Below, one piece after another: positions 16,580 to 25,923 of a stretch of DNA of 57,712 bases (the stretch's first letter is position 1; every line of letters begins with the position of its first letter). Origin of the DNA: Dehalococcoidia bacterium (GTDB lineage: Bacteria > Chloroflexota > Dehalococcoidia > GIF9 > AB-539-J10); NCBI GenBank assembly GCA_021162545.1, contig JAGGYM010000058.1, forward strand, positions 1-57,712, given 5' to 3'. Below the pieces are notes generated by a model. It was given only the letters and a program-made list of their open reading frames with translations. It was not told where the DNA came from and searched no databases. A program made the translations under genes and the position numbers.

Positions 16580-18274
16580 ATGAAAAAATATGCACTGGTG
16601 CTGCTGGTAGCAGTACTGACCCTTCTCTCCTTTGCCGGATGCACACCGTCATCATCCCCTCAGGTTGCCCTGCAATCTCCGGCAAACGGCAGCTCCGCTT
16701 CCTCGCTGACGCCCATACTGGCCTGGAACTGCAACGAGCCGAATGTCTCTTTCCGCATCCAGGTGGCCAGCGACAGCAACTTCCAGAACCTGGTCATCGA
16801 CCAGTCGGCTCTGCCCAGTCCAAGCTATGCCATACCTCCGAGCAGGCTAAGCAACAACCAGCCCTATTACTGGAAGGTAAATGCCAGCAAGGCGGGCCAG
16901 ACCAGCGAGTGGACACCCTACTGGTCCTTCAATATCACCTCCTCGGCAGGTGGCACCGCAACAGTAAAGGCCACACTCGACGGCAATCCCTGGTCAGGGA
17001 ACGTTAACTACACCCTGAGCGGGGCAAAGCAGCAAACCGGCACCTCAGTGGCCCAGAACCTCAGCGGCCTGACCCCGGGAAGCTACACCCTCGGATACAA
17101 CTCCGGCGGCCCCTCAGGAGCCTCGCTGAAGAACATCACCCCTTCGGCAACCCAGAACCTGCTCGTCAGCAGCGGCATTACTTTCACCCTCAACTTTGTT
17201 TCCCAGTCACCCAGCACCGTAGTGGTCCACGCCACCCTCGACGGCAATTCCTGGTCGGGGAAGGTGCACTACAACATAAACGGCCCATACACCGATTCCC
17301 TCTCTTCCGTGCCCCAGACCTTCGACAACATGTCCGCGGGAACCTATACCGTGGGCTTCCGCTCCGGCGGCCCCAACGGCGCAACCCTGAGTGAAATCTC
17401 GCCGTCATCCAGTCAAACCCTATCCAACGGCGGAATTATTACCTTCACCCTGAACTTCCACTCGCAATCCTCCGGCACCATAAAGGTCAACGCCATGCTG
17501 GATGGCAGAAACTGGTCGGGAAACATCAACTACACCGTAAACGGCCCATACGACGATTCCAGCTCCTACGTTCCCGACAGCTTCGGCGGCCTGCCCCGTG
17601 GAACCTACAGCGTAAACTACCGCTCCGGCGGCCCCAACGGCGCAACCCTGGCGGGTATCTCCCCATCACCCTCGCAGACCCTGGACACCAACGGCACCAT
17701 AACCTTCACCTTCAACTTCCAGTCGCAGACCAGCAGCGGCACCATAAGGGTCAACGCCACCCTCGATGGCCGGCAGTGGTCTGGTTACGTCAATTACGTC
17801 ATACACGGGCCTTATGACGGCTCCGGCTCCAATGTCCCCAACACCCTTGGCAGCGTACCGCCAGGAAATTACTCTCTGAACTACATTTCCGGAGGCCCCC
17901 AGGGAGCGGAGCTGGGCAGCATTTCACCTCAACCGAACCAGTACGTGAACCCCGGTGGCACTATCTCCTTCACCATGAACTTCCACTCGCAGGGCGGTGG
18001 CACCATAAACGTCATGGCTAACATCGACGGCAGTCCCTGGCAGGGAGAGGTTCACTACACCATACGCGGGCCTTACACCGATTCCAGTTCCTCTGCACCC
18101 GACCAGTTCACCGACTTGCCGGCCGGAACTTATACTTTGTCCTACACCTCCGGCGGGCCTCACCAGTGCGTGCTGGAAAGCATTTCGCCTTCGCCAACGC
18201 AGCAACTTTGCAACAGATGTATCATAACCTTTACCCTTAACTTCCACTTCCAGAGCGGCATCCTTCCCGAATAA
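16580..18274 (+). CDS. Surface lipoprotein with an N-terminal Ig/FN3-like domain and five tandem ~87-aa beta-rich repeats
   Basis: Lipobox FAGC; repeat unit roughly GTI.V.ATLDG..WSG.V.Y...GP...G.Y...Y.SGGP.GA.L..ISPS..Q......ITFTLNF. Confidence 0.85.
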   Translation: MKKYALVLLVAVLTLLSFAGCTPSSSPQVALQSPANGSSASSLTPILAWNCNEPNVSFRIQVASDSNFQNLVIDQSALPSPSYAIPPSRLSNNQPYYWKVNASKAGQTSEWTPYWSFNITSSAGGTATVKATLDGNPWSGNVNYTLSGAKQQTGTSVAQNLSGLTPGSYTLGYNSGGPSGASLKNITPSATQNLLVSSGITFTLNFVSQSPSTVVVHATLDGNSWSGKVHYNINGPYTDSLSSVPQTFDNMSAGTYTVGFRSGGPNGATLSEISPSSSQTLSNGGIITFTLNFHSQSSGTIKVNAMLDGRNWSGNINYTVNGPYDDSSSYVPDSFGGLPRGTYSVNYRSGGPNGATLAGISPSPSQTLDTNGTITFTFNFQSQTSSGTIRVNATLDGRQWSGYVNYVIHGPYDGSGSNVPNTLGSVPPGNYSLNYISGGPQGAELGSISPQPNQYVNPGGTISFTMNFHSQGGGTINVMANIDGSPWQGEVHYTIRGPYTDSSSSAPDQFTDLPAGTYTLSYTSGGPHQCVLESISPSPTQQLCNRCIITFTLNFHFQSGILPE

Positions 18275-18298
18275 GGTTGGCGTCCCTCTGAATAACAG

Positions 18299-18346
18299 CC
18301 GGGGGGAGGAGGAAGAACCTGGTTCTTCCTCCTCCCCCCGGTTTTT
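18299..18346 (+). terminator. Strong intrinsic terminator / perfect palindrome
   Basis: CCGGGGGGAGGAGGAAGAACC-T-GGTTCTTCCTCCTCCCCCCGG followed by a T-run. Confidence 0.85.
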
Positions 18347-18503
18347 CCCAGGCAGCCGACCCCGCCATCAAAGCGATTGCCGCGCCTCCGACTCGCAATG
18401 ACAGAAGGGGAATCCATTCCCATGAGCACATACACCGGGTTGCAAGAGATAAGCGGTTGGAATATACTTCCATTATAGAACTATTTCAGAGTGGAATTTA
18501 ATT

Positions 18504-19010
18504 ATGAGCGATTCAGAAAGTGAAATCTATGCCGACCGGGTGACTGCCCTGGTACAGAGTTTTGTGCGGATGTGGATCAAATTCGAGGCCATGTCACATG
18601 ATGAAATAGCCAAAGCGGGCAACCGCTTCAACGGGATGAGTTCTGCCGGCGAACCACGTGCCGCCAGCAACCAGGAGCTCTTTTACCGCGTGAGCAATTG
18701 CATCTACCATGATGAGAGCCTGACGATGGGAGAACTGGGCAGTGCCCTCTCTGTACCGCTCAGCACGGCAACGCGCATAGTCGACTGGCTGGTGGCCGAT
18801 GGATACGTCCGGAGAATAGCTGACCCCGGAGACAGGCGAGTGGTACGGGTGAGCCTCACGAATGCCGGCAAAGAACTCCACGAGGCCATTGAGAATTACA
18901 CGGGAAAGCGCGTCCAGCACATGCTGTCCTGCCTGACATCCGAAGAACAGGCCACGCTCTTCGCTCTCTTCCACAAGGTAGAGGCTGCCATGGAGAAAGT
19001 AGTGGAGTGA
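18504..19010 (+). CDS. MarR family transcriptional regulator
   Basis: TMGEL...LSTATRIVDWLV.DGYVRR..DPGDRRVVRVSLT.AG. Confidence 0.9.
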   Translation: MSDSESEIYADRVTALVQSFVRMWIKFEAMSHDEIAKAGNRFNGMSSAGEPRAASNQELFYRVSNCIYHDESLTMGELGSALSVPLSTATRIVDWLVADGYVRRIADPGDRRVVRVSLTNAGKELHEAIENYTGKRVQHMLSCLTSEEQATLFALFHKVEAAMEKVVE

Positions 19011-19073
19011 AAACTTTTTGTTGTTCAATATTCCATGAAGGGATAAGGCAGGCCAGAAGGTAACCGAGACGAA

Positions 19074-20345
19074 ATGAAATACATATCGGCGAAATCAGTG
19101 GCCGGGAACCTGGCGATATCCCTCTTCCTGGCCTTTAAGTCAATCGTCAAGGGCAACAGATGGGTGCCAATCCTGCTCGTCCTGGTCATGTCCTTCAGTT
19201 TTGTCAACCTCATTTTTACCTCCTCCATCATTACCGGCGTTATGCACACCATGGACGAACAGCTGGTCAATGCTGTGTTCTCCAATGTAATCATCAGCCC
19301 CCAGGAGAACGAGTATTATATCGACCACGTGAGCCAGATGGAAGAGAAGATAGCGCAGGTTCCCGGGGTAGCCGGCGTCTCGCCCCATTTGAACAACAAT
19401 GCCTTCTTCGAGTACAGGTGGAAGGAAAAAGATTCTCAGATGGACAGGGGCAAGAGCGGCGCCTGGGAGGTCATCGGCATTGACCCGGAAAAGGAAGCTG
19501 GAGTTACCACCGTTCACGACCAGATTATCGAGGGTAACTACCTGGACGCAAATGACAGGGACAAGATCGTGCTGGGCGTGGAAATAGCAGGCGGGAAAGA
19601 CGCCCAGAACGAACAGTTTCTCACTCTGGGAGGAGTGGGCATCGGTGATAAGGTGCGCCTGACCTACCCCAATGGAATACAGCGGGAATATACGGTCAAG
19701 GGCATCTTTCGCACCCGTGAAATGGCGCGAGCGGACAACCTGGCGTTCGTCAGCTTGAACGAGATGGCCTCGGTTATGGGCAGGGACATATTTCACGACA
19801 GAGCCACTCAGGTGCTGGTCAAGACCGCGCCAGGCGTGGACGAAGGCAAGCTTATCGAGGAATTTAAAGCTGTGGGCGTCGGGGGAGAAATCCGTAGCTG
19901 GTATGAATATGGCGGAGCCATGCGAAACACGATATCGACCTTCGAGATCATCGGTTCGCTCATTAACGGAGTTGGGTTGATGGTTGCCGCTATCGTAATG
20001 TTCATCGTGATTTACATCAATGTAATCAGCAAGAAGCGGCAGATCGGGATAATGCGCGCCATCGGCATCGCCCAGAGTACCATAATAGCGTCCTACCTCT
20101 TCCAGGCTCTGTTCTATGCCGCTTTTGGCGTACTATTCGGCTGGCTCGTGGTTCGTTTTTTGCTTCTGCCCTACTTCGTCAGCTATCCACTCGACCTGCC
20201 CATAGGGCTGGTAAGCCTGACGGTGCAGCCCCTGACAATGGGAACCTCTACGATAGGACTGATTCTAGCTGCCCTGCTGGCGGGACTCATTCCCGCATGG
20301 GCCATGATGAAGCAGAGCATCATCAAAACTATCTGGGGGAGCTAA
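19074..20345 (+). CDS. ABC transporter permease, MacB/LolE (FtsX-like) family
   Basis: One TM, a large extracytoplasmic domain, then KKRQIGIMRAIG and three TMs. Confidence 0.85.
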   Translation: MKYISAKSVAGNLAISLFLAFKSIVKGNRWVPILLVLVMSFSFVNLIFTSSIITGVMHTMDEQLVNAVFSNVIISPQENEYYIDHVSQMEEKIAQVPGVAGVSPHLNNNAFFEYRWKEKDSQMDRGKSGAWEVIGIDPEKEAGVTTVHDQIIEGNYLDANDRDKIVLGVEIAGGKDAQNEQFLTLGGVGIGDKVRLTYPNGIQREYTVKGIFRTREMARADNLAFVSLNEMASVMGRDIFHDRATQVLVKTAPGVDEGKLIEEFKAVGVGGEIRSWYEYGGAMRNTISTFEIIGSLINGVGLMVAAIVMFIVIYINVISKKRQIGIMRAIGIAQSTIIASYLFQALFYAAFGVLFGWLVVRFLLLPYFVSYPLDLPIGLVSLTVQPLTMGTSTIGLILAALLAGLIPAWAMMKQSIIKTIWGS

Positions 20346-20349
20346 TTTC

Positions 20350-21033
20350 ATGATTGTGGCACGAAATTTAAAGAAAATCTACGGGCAGGGACTATCTGCC
20401 ACGCATGCCCTGACGGGCGTCGATCTGAAGGTTAGACAAGGCGAGTTCGTAGCCATTATGGGCAGAAGCGGCTCGGGCAAATCCACCCTGCTGCACGCAC
20501 TCGGGCTTCTGGATATGCCCTCCAGCGGCGAGATTTACATCGACGGCGTGGACGTGCTGAAGTTGAAAGAGAGGGAGAAGGCCAGGTTCCGGCTGGAAAG
20601 GTTGGGCTACGTTTTTCAGGAATACTCTCTCCTGGGCGAATTGAACATCCTGGAGAACGTCTATCTGCCGGCTCTCTGCTCCACCAACCAGGAAAATCAC
20701 AGGAAGCGCGCCGCGGATATACTGAATGTCGTTGGTCTGGGAGAGAGACTATCCCATTACCCCGGCGAGATATCAGGAGGGGAACAGCAGAGGGTAGCCA
20801 TTGCCAGAGCTTTGATCAACGAACCGGGAACATTGTTCGCCGACGAACCAACGGCAAGCCTGGACGCAAACTCGTCGAAGGTTGTCCTGGAACTGTTCCA
20901 GGCGTTGAATAATGATTTGGGACAGACGATAGTCATGGTGACGCATGAGCCCGAGGACGAAAAATACGTGGACAGGGTAATATGGCTGAAGGACGGGCTC
21001 GTGGAGAAAGAAACTTTGCCTCAGGGCAAATAG
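20350..21033 (+). CDS. ABC transporter ATP-binding protein (LolD/MacB-like)
   Basis: GRSGSGKST, ISGGEQQRVAIARAL, ADEPT, VTHE. Confidence 0.93.
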   Translation: MIVARNLKKIYGQGLSATHALTGVDLKVRQGEFVAIMGRSGSGKSTLLHALGLLDMPSSGEIYIDGVDVLKLKEREKARFRLERLGYVFQEYSLLGELNILENVYLPALCSTNQENHRKRAADILNVVGLGERLSHYPGEISGGEQQRVAIARALINEPGTLFADEPTASLDANSSKVVLELFQALNNDLGQTIVMVTHEPEDEKYVDRVIWLKDGLVEKETLPQGK

Positions 21034-21114
21034 GGCAGGGCCTTATGGAAGTGATGGAGCACGACATATCCCGGCGGCATCGATACGCTACCGTTATCCC
21101 AGGGTTTGCCTGTA

Positions 21115-21339
21115 CTACTTTCTGCGCCCTATGTTCCTGTCGCTCTTGAAGCGTTCATAGAGCTCGGCAAGGTCAATTTCTCCCGACCAGACCTTGCCGA
21201 CATACCAGCCGGCCAGAACAAACAGCACCAGGATAACAGCCTTGCCCACACCGAAAATTAGCACGACCAGGCCCAGCACCAATCCGATTATGGCGCCTAT
21301 TGTCTTGGGGTTCAACCATCTGTTGTTGTTGTCATCCAT
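21115..21339 (-). CDS. DUF2273-like small membrane protein
   Basis: IGAIIGLVLG...FGVGKA...GWYVGK; typical companion of amaP/asp23. Confidence 0.75.
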   Translation of the reverse strand: MDDNNNRWLNPKTIGAIIGLVLGLVVLIFGVGKAVILVLFVLAGWYVGKVWSGEIDLAELYERFKSDRNIGRRK

Positions 21340-21908
21340 CAGCTAACGGCCAACCGCTTGGACCTTCCCGAATCGTATTTGATTTTGACATCGACCTGCG
21401 CCACGGGCAATCCCGTAAGCTGCTCTATGGCCGCCTTGACCCTGCTGCGCAGTTCGGGCTCGATTTCAAGTATGCTGCTGCCCAGATTCGCCGTGGTTTG
21501 ACATTCTATCAGCAAACCTACGGGGCTTTCCTCCACGATGGACTTGACATCGCGTACCCCGTGGACGGTGACAGCAACGTGCTCCACCAGCATGCAAATG
21601 CTTGCCACGTCTACGGTGGTGATGCCTTCAATAGAGGAACTTATCAGCAACGGAGCCGGTTTGCGCGGGGGAGCGACTTCGACGGCCAGCAGGCCAATCA
21701 TAATTACAGCGATGATTGCGCTGATTGCTATGACGCTCACCATGCGAGCACCGCTGGTGCCGGCGACCCACCCCAGCGCTGATTTGGACCACTCAAACGG
21801 CAGAACGTCGGGTGAACATATCCCTGCGCTCACAAGAAGGACTATCACTGCCGCTGCCAGTATCAGCAGCGCCACCAGTATAATAATTACCCGGTTGAAA
21901 ACGGACAT
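21339..21908 (-). CDS. amaP: AmaP-like alkaline-shock membrane anchor protein
   Basis: MSVFNR plus two TMs and an Asp23-like C-terminal domain (IEQLTGLPVAQVDV); operon context. Confidence 0.75.
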   Translation of the reverse strand: MSVFNRVIIILVALLILAAAVIVLLVSAGICSPDVLPFEWSKSALGWVAGTSGARMVSVIAISAIIAVIMIGLLAVEVAPPRKPAPLLISSSIEGITTVDVASICMLVEHVAVTVHGVRDVKSIVEESPVGLLIECQTTANLGSSILEIEPELRSRVKAAIEQLTGLPVAQVDVKIKYDSGRSKRLAVS

Positions 21909-21967
21909 AAATATACTTTCTCCTTTCTCAGGATTTCAGCCGGCGAAAGCCACAGTCAAAACCGTGC

Positions 21968-22366
21968 TTATTCTACCTTTGCCATTTTCTCCGGCTTCTT
22001 CTCCTGGAATTCAACGCTTACGATGCGCAGGTTGATTTCTTTAGCAATGAGCCCGGTGATTTCCAGAAGGCGCATAGCTACTTTCTTGCGGACTTCGTTG
22101 ACCAGAGTGGGTATGTTAAACCCATAGATAACGCTCAGTTGCAGGTCAACAATGGCCTCTTTTTTGCCCACTTCAACTGCCACACCAACCCTGCTTTTTT
22201 CTCCGGTGCCTCCCAGATGCTCCGTCAGGGCGCGGCGGACGGAACTTTTCCCCAGGGTAGCGACTCCCGCTACTTCCTTGGCTGCCAGACCAGCTATTGA
22301 AGCCACGACCTCATCACCTATAATAGTTTCACCCTGCGTTATAATCTCTTCTTCTTTCTCCGCCAT
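21968..22366 (-). CDS. Asp23/Gls24 envelope stress response protein
   Basis: IGDEVVASIAGLAAKEVAGV, GVAVEVGKKEAIVDL, ITGL. Confidence 0.9.
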   Translation of the reverse strand: MAEKEEEIITQGETIIGDEVVASIAGLAAKEVAGVATLGKSSVRRALTEHLGGTGEKSRVGVAVEVGKKEAIVDLQLSVIYGFNIPTLVNEVRKKVAMRLLEITGLIAKEINLRIVSVEFQEKKPEKMAKVE

Positions 22367-22683
22367 CAGTATAAAACCTCCTCGCTCTAATTTTTGCTAT
22401 TCCCGAAACCTGATTTCCTCAGAAACTCTCTCCTCAGCTGCAATGCACCATCCATGGTGCTCCGGATATCTGCGAGTTTAGTCTGCTTCTCTGAGGATGT
22501 CAATAGCCCGAGAGGAAGATTACCGGTGTTCTATCGTTCTGACATCACTTAATCCTTCCGTGGAGTGAGATGCAGGGATAGAATAATTAAGATTTTGGCA
22601 AAAAAATTCTAGGAAAGCTATTTACTTTTCGCCAATAATTGCTACAATGGAAACCAGCAAATTAAAACCAGAGAGGTGAACGA

Positions 22684-23028
22684 GTGAAAACATGGAAGCC
22701 GATGACGGCAGGGATTTTAATGATCATTGCCGGGATAGTGGAAGCAATTTTTGGAATACTGGGTACCGTGATAGGTGGGGCTGTCGCTGGGTGGGTGAGC
22801 ATGCCTGGGCTGGGGGGACTGGTAGGGGTTACCGCTATCCTGATCGTGCTGGGAATAGTCGCCATAGTAGGTGGTATATACTCGCTCAAGCGGCAGACAT
22901 GGGGGCTGGCGCTCGCGGGTGCCATCTGCTCGCTGTTTGGCCCATGGTTTATCCTGGGAATACTGGCTATCATATTTGTCTCAATGGGCAAGAGCGAATT
23001 CTCCCAGGGCGGAGCTTCCGTATCCTGA
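22684..23028 (+). CDS. Small multi-pass membrane protein; paralog of 2687-3085
   Basis: GAGGTG SD and GTG start; shares motifs with 2687-3085. Confidence 0.8.
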   Translation: MKTWKPMTAGILMIIAGIVEAIFGILGTVIGGAVAGWVSMPGLGGLVGVTAILIVLGIVAIVGGIYSLKRQTWGLALAGAICSLFGPWFILGILAIIFVSMGKSEFSQGGASVS

Positions 23029-23131
23029 AACAAGAAGTCCCCTGGTAAAAATTACCGGGCATAATTGTGTGCGGCCGAAGGCGACAAATGTCTTCGGTCG
23101 GTGAAAAATGGAGAATAGTCTGACATGAAGC

Positions 23132-23160
23132 TTGACGGCAGGCTATATCTGCAATATTAT
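23132..23160 (+). promoter_or_regulatory. Sigma70-type promoter
   Basis: TTGACG-17 bp-TATTAT upstream of the 23271 gene. Confidence 0.5.
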
Positions 23161-23270
23161 ATATATGTGTACGAGGAATCCCATGGGAATTTCAGTGCCT
23201 GAAATAGTGGCAGGCAGGTGAAAGTTTGCGGACGGGCAGGTTGTACAGGTAGTGAAGTTTAGCGGGTGAA

Positions 23271-24572
23271 ATGAAAAGAAGATTACTGGCTGTTTTTACT
23301 GTTGTTTGTCTTATCGTGGTGGCACTGGCAGTGCCTTCTCTTGGCGCTCAGGAGCAGCAGACTATAGTTCTGGACAGGGCATCCATTCCAGGAATTTTGC
23401 CCGGCTCGAGCTTCTACTTCGTCAAGACCGTGGAGAGAACCGTGCACCTTGCTTTTGCCTTCAACGCTCCCAAGAGATCCGAACTGACGTCACAATTTGC
23501 CTTTGAGGATGCTTTGGCCATCGAAGAGTTATGCCAGATGAGAGAATATAGCCTTGCGGCGCAGCACTGTGACCAGTTCCTGAATCACTTTCAGGAAGCA
23601 GTTAGCTGGCTGGAGAGGACGATAGAGGAAGGGAAGGGCAACCAGAAAATGGTTGAGGAACTGAAGGAAGACCATTTTCGCCAGCAGCAGATTTTAGTCG
23701 ATGTGCTGGAGAAAATGCCAGAGGAGAAAAGCGGGGCAGTCTTCAATGCCATTGAAGGTTCAAACTGCAGCATGGAAGATGCCATCAAGACGGCCGTAGG
23801 AGAGCAGGAGGCGAAGCAATTTCGCCAGGAAGTCAACCTCCAGCTTGCCGATGTAAACGAGCTGATACAAACGCAAATCAGTGAGAAGCCGGAGACAGGC
23901 GAGCCCGAGGAGACACTACCGCTCAATCATGCACCGTCCATCGTCAATTTCCTGTCCGATGCGAAGCGCGTGGACTGCTTGGAAAAGTGCAATATTATCT
24001 GTGAGGCCCAGGATGACGATTACGACCCGTTGAGCTATGCGTGGTCAGCAAGCGGAGGCGATATCTCCATCACCGGTAAGGATCCAGTAGTTACCTGGAC
24101 TGCTCCAGAGAATGATGGCAAGTGTACGATCAGCGTGACGGTTAGCGATGGGAAAGGTGGAGAGACAACGGCATCACTGGACATTAGCGTGGCGACTGTT
24201 CCCCCTCTTACTATCGAGAAATTTCTCCTTACACCGGAGGACCCTGGTCATTTTACCATGCCAAACGCCTTTACTGAGAACTTTACCATTCTATGGAAGA
24301 AGAATTGCAGCATCGAATGCGTTATTACCGGTAGCCGCGATGTGAACTATGAGTGGTCGGTCAATCACGGCGATATCATTGCTAACGAGGCTGAAGCTAC
24401 ATGGATCGCACCCGATTACAAGACAGACATTACTACCGTCACCGTGGTCGTGACCGACGACTATGGCGGCAAGGTTACGGAGCAGATAACCTTCAAGGTA
24501 TCAGATTGCCCCGTCTGTTTCAGCCATGACTGTCTTGGAGAAGAGCTTCCGCTGGTTTACTACCCTGACTGA
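23271..24572 (+). CDS. Secreted protein with a DUF5667-like helical domain and two Ig/PKD-like domains
   Basis: Signal peptide; PGILPGSSFYFVK (DUF5667-like); NHAP...LSYAWS.SGG...WTAP...VTVSDGKGG repeats. Confidence 0.75.
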   Translation: MKRRLLAVFTVVCLIVVALAVPSLGAQEQQTIVLDRASIPGILPGSSFYFVKTVERTVHLAFAFNAPKRSELTSQFAFEDALAIEELCQMREYSLAAQHCDQFLNHFQEAVSWLERTIEEGKGNQKMVEELKEDHFRQQQILVDVLEKMPEEKSGAVFNAIEGSNCSMEDAIKTAVGEQEAKQFRQEVNLQLADVNELIQTQISEKPETGEPEETLPLNHAPSIVNFLSDAKRVDCLEKCNIICEAQDDDYDPLSYAWSASGGDISITGKDPVVTWTAPENDGKCTISVTVSDGKGGETTASLDISVATVPPLTIEKFLLTPEDPGHFTMPNAFTENFTILWKKNCSIECVITGSRDVNYEWSVNHGDIIANEAEATWIAPDYKTDITTVTVVVTDDYGGKVTEQITFKVSDCPVCFSHDCLGEELPLVYYPD

Positions 24573-24692
24573 CCCGTATTTCAGTTTTTTCCTCAGGTCC
24601 CTGGACAGGTCGGCGATTTCGCCCTTGTAGTTGAAACAATCTCCGCAGTAGAGTCCGCAATAGCCAATGAGGTTCTCTCTGCCTTCGCTCAT
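24573..24692 (-). pseudogene. Truncated DUF3795-like Cys-rich protein
   Basis: AAGGAG SD, then MSEGRENLIGYCGLYCGDCFNYKGEIADLSRDLRKKL. Only the N-terminal ~40 aa remain before the frame runs into the convergent gene. Confidence 0.65.
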
Positions 24693-24744
24693 TTTTCTGT
24701 CACTCCTTGTTCTACAATTTCATGGCAGCAGATAGCGCGCAGAT

Positions 24745-25761
24745 TTAGATGTACCGGCCCACGGATTTAGCAATTGCTCTCAGTTTCTCCATCAGCCTGG
24801 AGAAATCCGAGGGTGTAAGGGCCTGCAATCCATCTACCAGAGCTTCTTTGGGATTGGGATGTACCTCGATGAGCAAACCGTCGGCGCCGGCGGCAATGGC
24901 TGCTTTGGCCATTGCCGGAACGAGGGAGTAATGCCCGGCAGCGTGGCTGGGGTCAACTATTAAGGGCAAGTGGCTGGATTTCTTGACCACGGGAATGGAA
25001 CTGATATCGAGGGAGAAGCGAATGCTGTTCTCGAAGGTCCTGATGCCTCGCTCGCAGAGAATTACCTTGTTGTTGCCCTCCGCCAGGAGATAGTCAGCCG
25101 CGGTGAGCCATTCGGTGACGGTGGCCGAGAGCCCCCGTTTCAGTACTGCGGGGCATTTCTTTTTGCCTACCTGCGTCAACAGGGCGTAGTTTTGCATATT
25201 TCGAGCCCCGATCTGAAGAACGTCGGCGTATTTAGCTACCTGATTGACGTCATGAGTATCCACCACTTCGGTGATGACGGGCACGCCAAATCGTTCCCTG
25301 GCCTGTGCCAGCAATTCCAGTCCTTTCTTCTCCAGCCCCTGGAAGCTGAAGGGAGAGGTGCGCGGCTTGAAAGCGCCACCTCGCACGATGCAGGCTCCGG
25401 CAGATTTGACGACCTCGGTGGCCTCCATCAGTTGCTCTTCGCTCTCCACGGCGCAGGGGCCCGCCATAATTACTATGCGCCTGCCCCCGATTTCGATGTC
25501 ACCAACGGACACTACGCTATCCTCCGCCTTGAATTCCCGCGAGGCGAGCTTGTAGGGCTTCATAATGCGGGATACGCTTTCCACGCCGGGGAGTACGGCG
25601 AAAATATCCGTGGACAGCTTTCCCGTATCCTTTCCCAGTATAGCCACCACCGCCTTGTCGGTGCCCGAGTTCAGCTGGACATCCAGGTCCAGCGACCGGG
25701 CCCGCTGTATCACCTCGTCTATTTCATCCTGAGTGGCATTCTTTCTCATCTCTACTATCAT
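24745..25761 (-). CDS. aroF: 3-deoxy-7-phosphoheptulonate (DAHP) synthase, class I-beta with N-terminal regulatory domain
   Basis: AGPCAVES, GGAFKPRTSP, QIGARNMQN, LCERGIR, VDPSH, IEVHP; start at MIVEM behind GGAGG. Confidence 0.93.
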   Translation of the reverse strand: MIVEMRKNATQDEIDEVIQRARSLDLDVQLNSGTDKAVVAILGKDTGKLSTDIFAVLPGVESVSRIMKPYKLASREFKAEDSVVSVGDIEIGGRRIVIMAGPCAVESEEQLMEATEVVKSAGACIVRGGAFKPRTSPFSFQGLEKKGLELLAQARERFGVPVITEVVDTHDVNQVAKYADVLQIGARNMQNYALLTQVGKKKCPAVLKRGLSATVTEWLTAADYLLAEGNNKVILCERGIRTFENSIRFSLDISSIPVVKKSSHLPLIVDPSHAAGHYSLVPAMAKAAIAAGADGLLIEVHPNPKEALVDGLQALTPSDFSRLMEKLRAIAKSVGRYI

Positions 25762-25923
25762 AACGACCTCCAATGGCGTAAGATTGCATTCTCTTTGTCT
25801 GGCCTTATGATAGGCAATTTGGGCGCACGAAGCAAATGGTCCACGCGTTGGAAAACGCCCTGGCACAGTGCCCTTTACAGGCTTATCACATGAGGTTGTT
25901 TGACGGTGGTGATACTCGATGCC

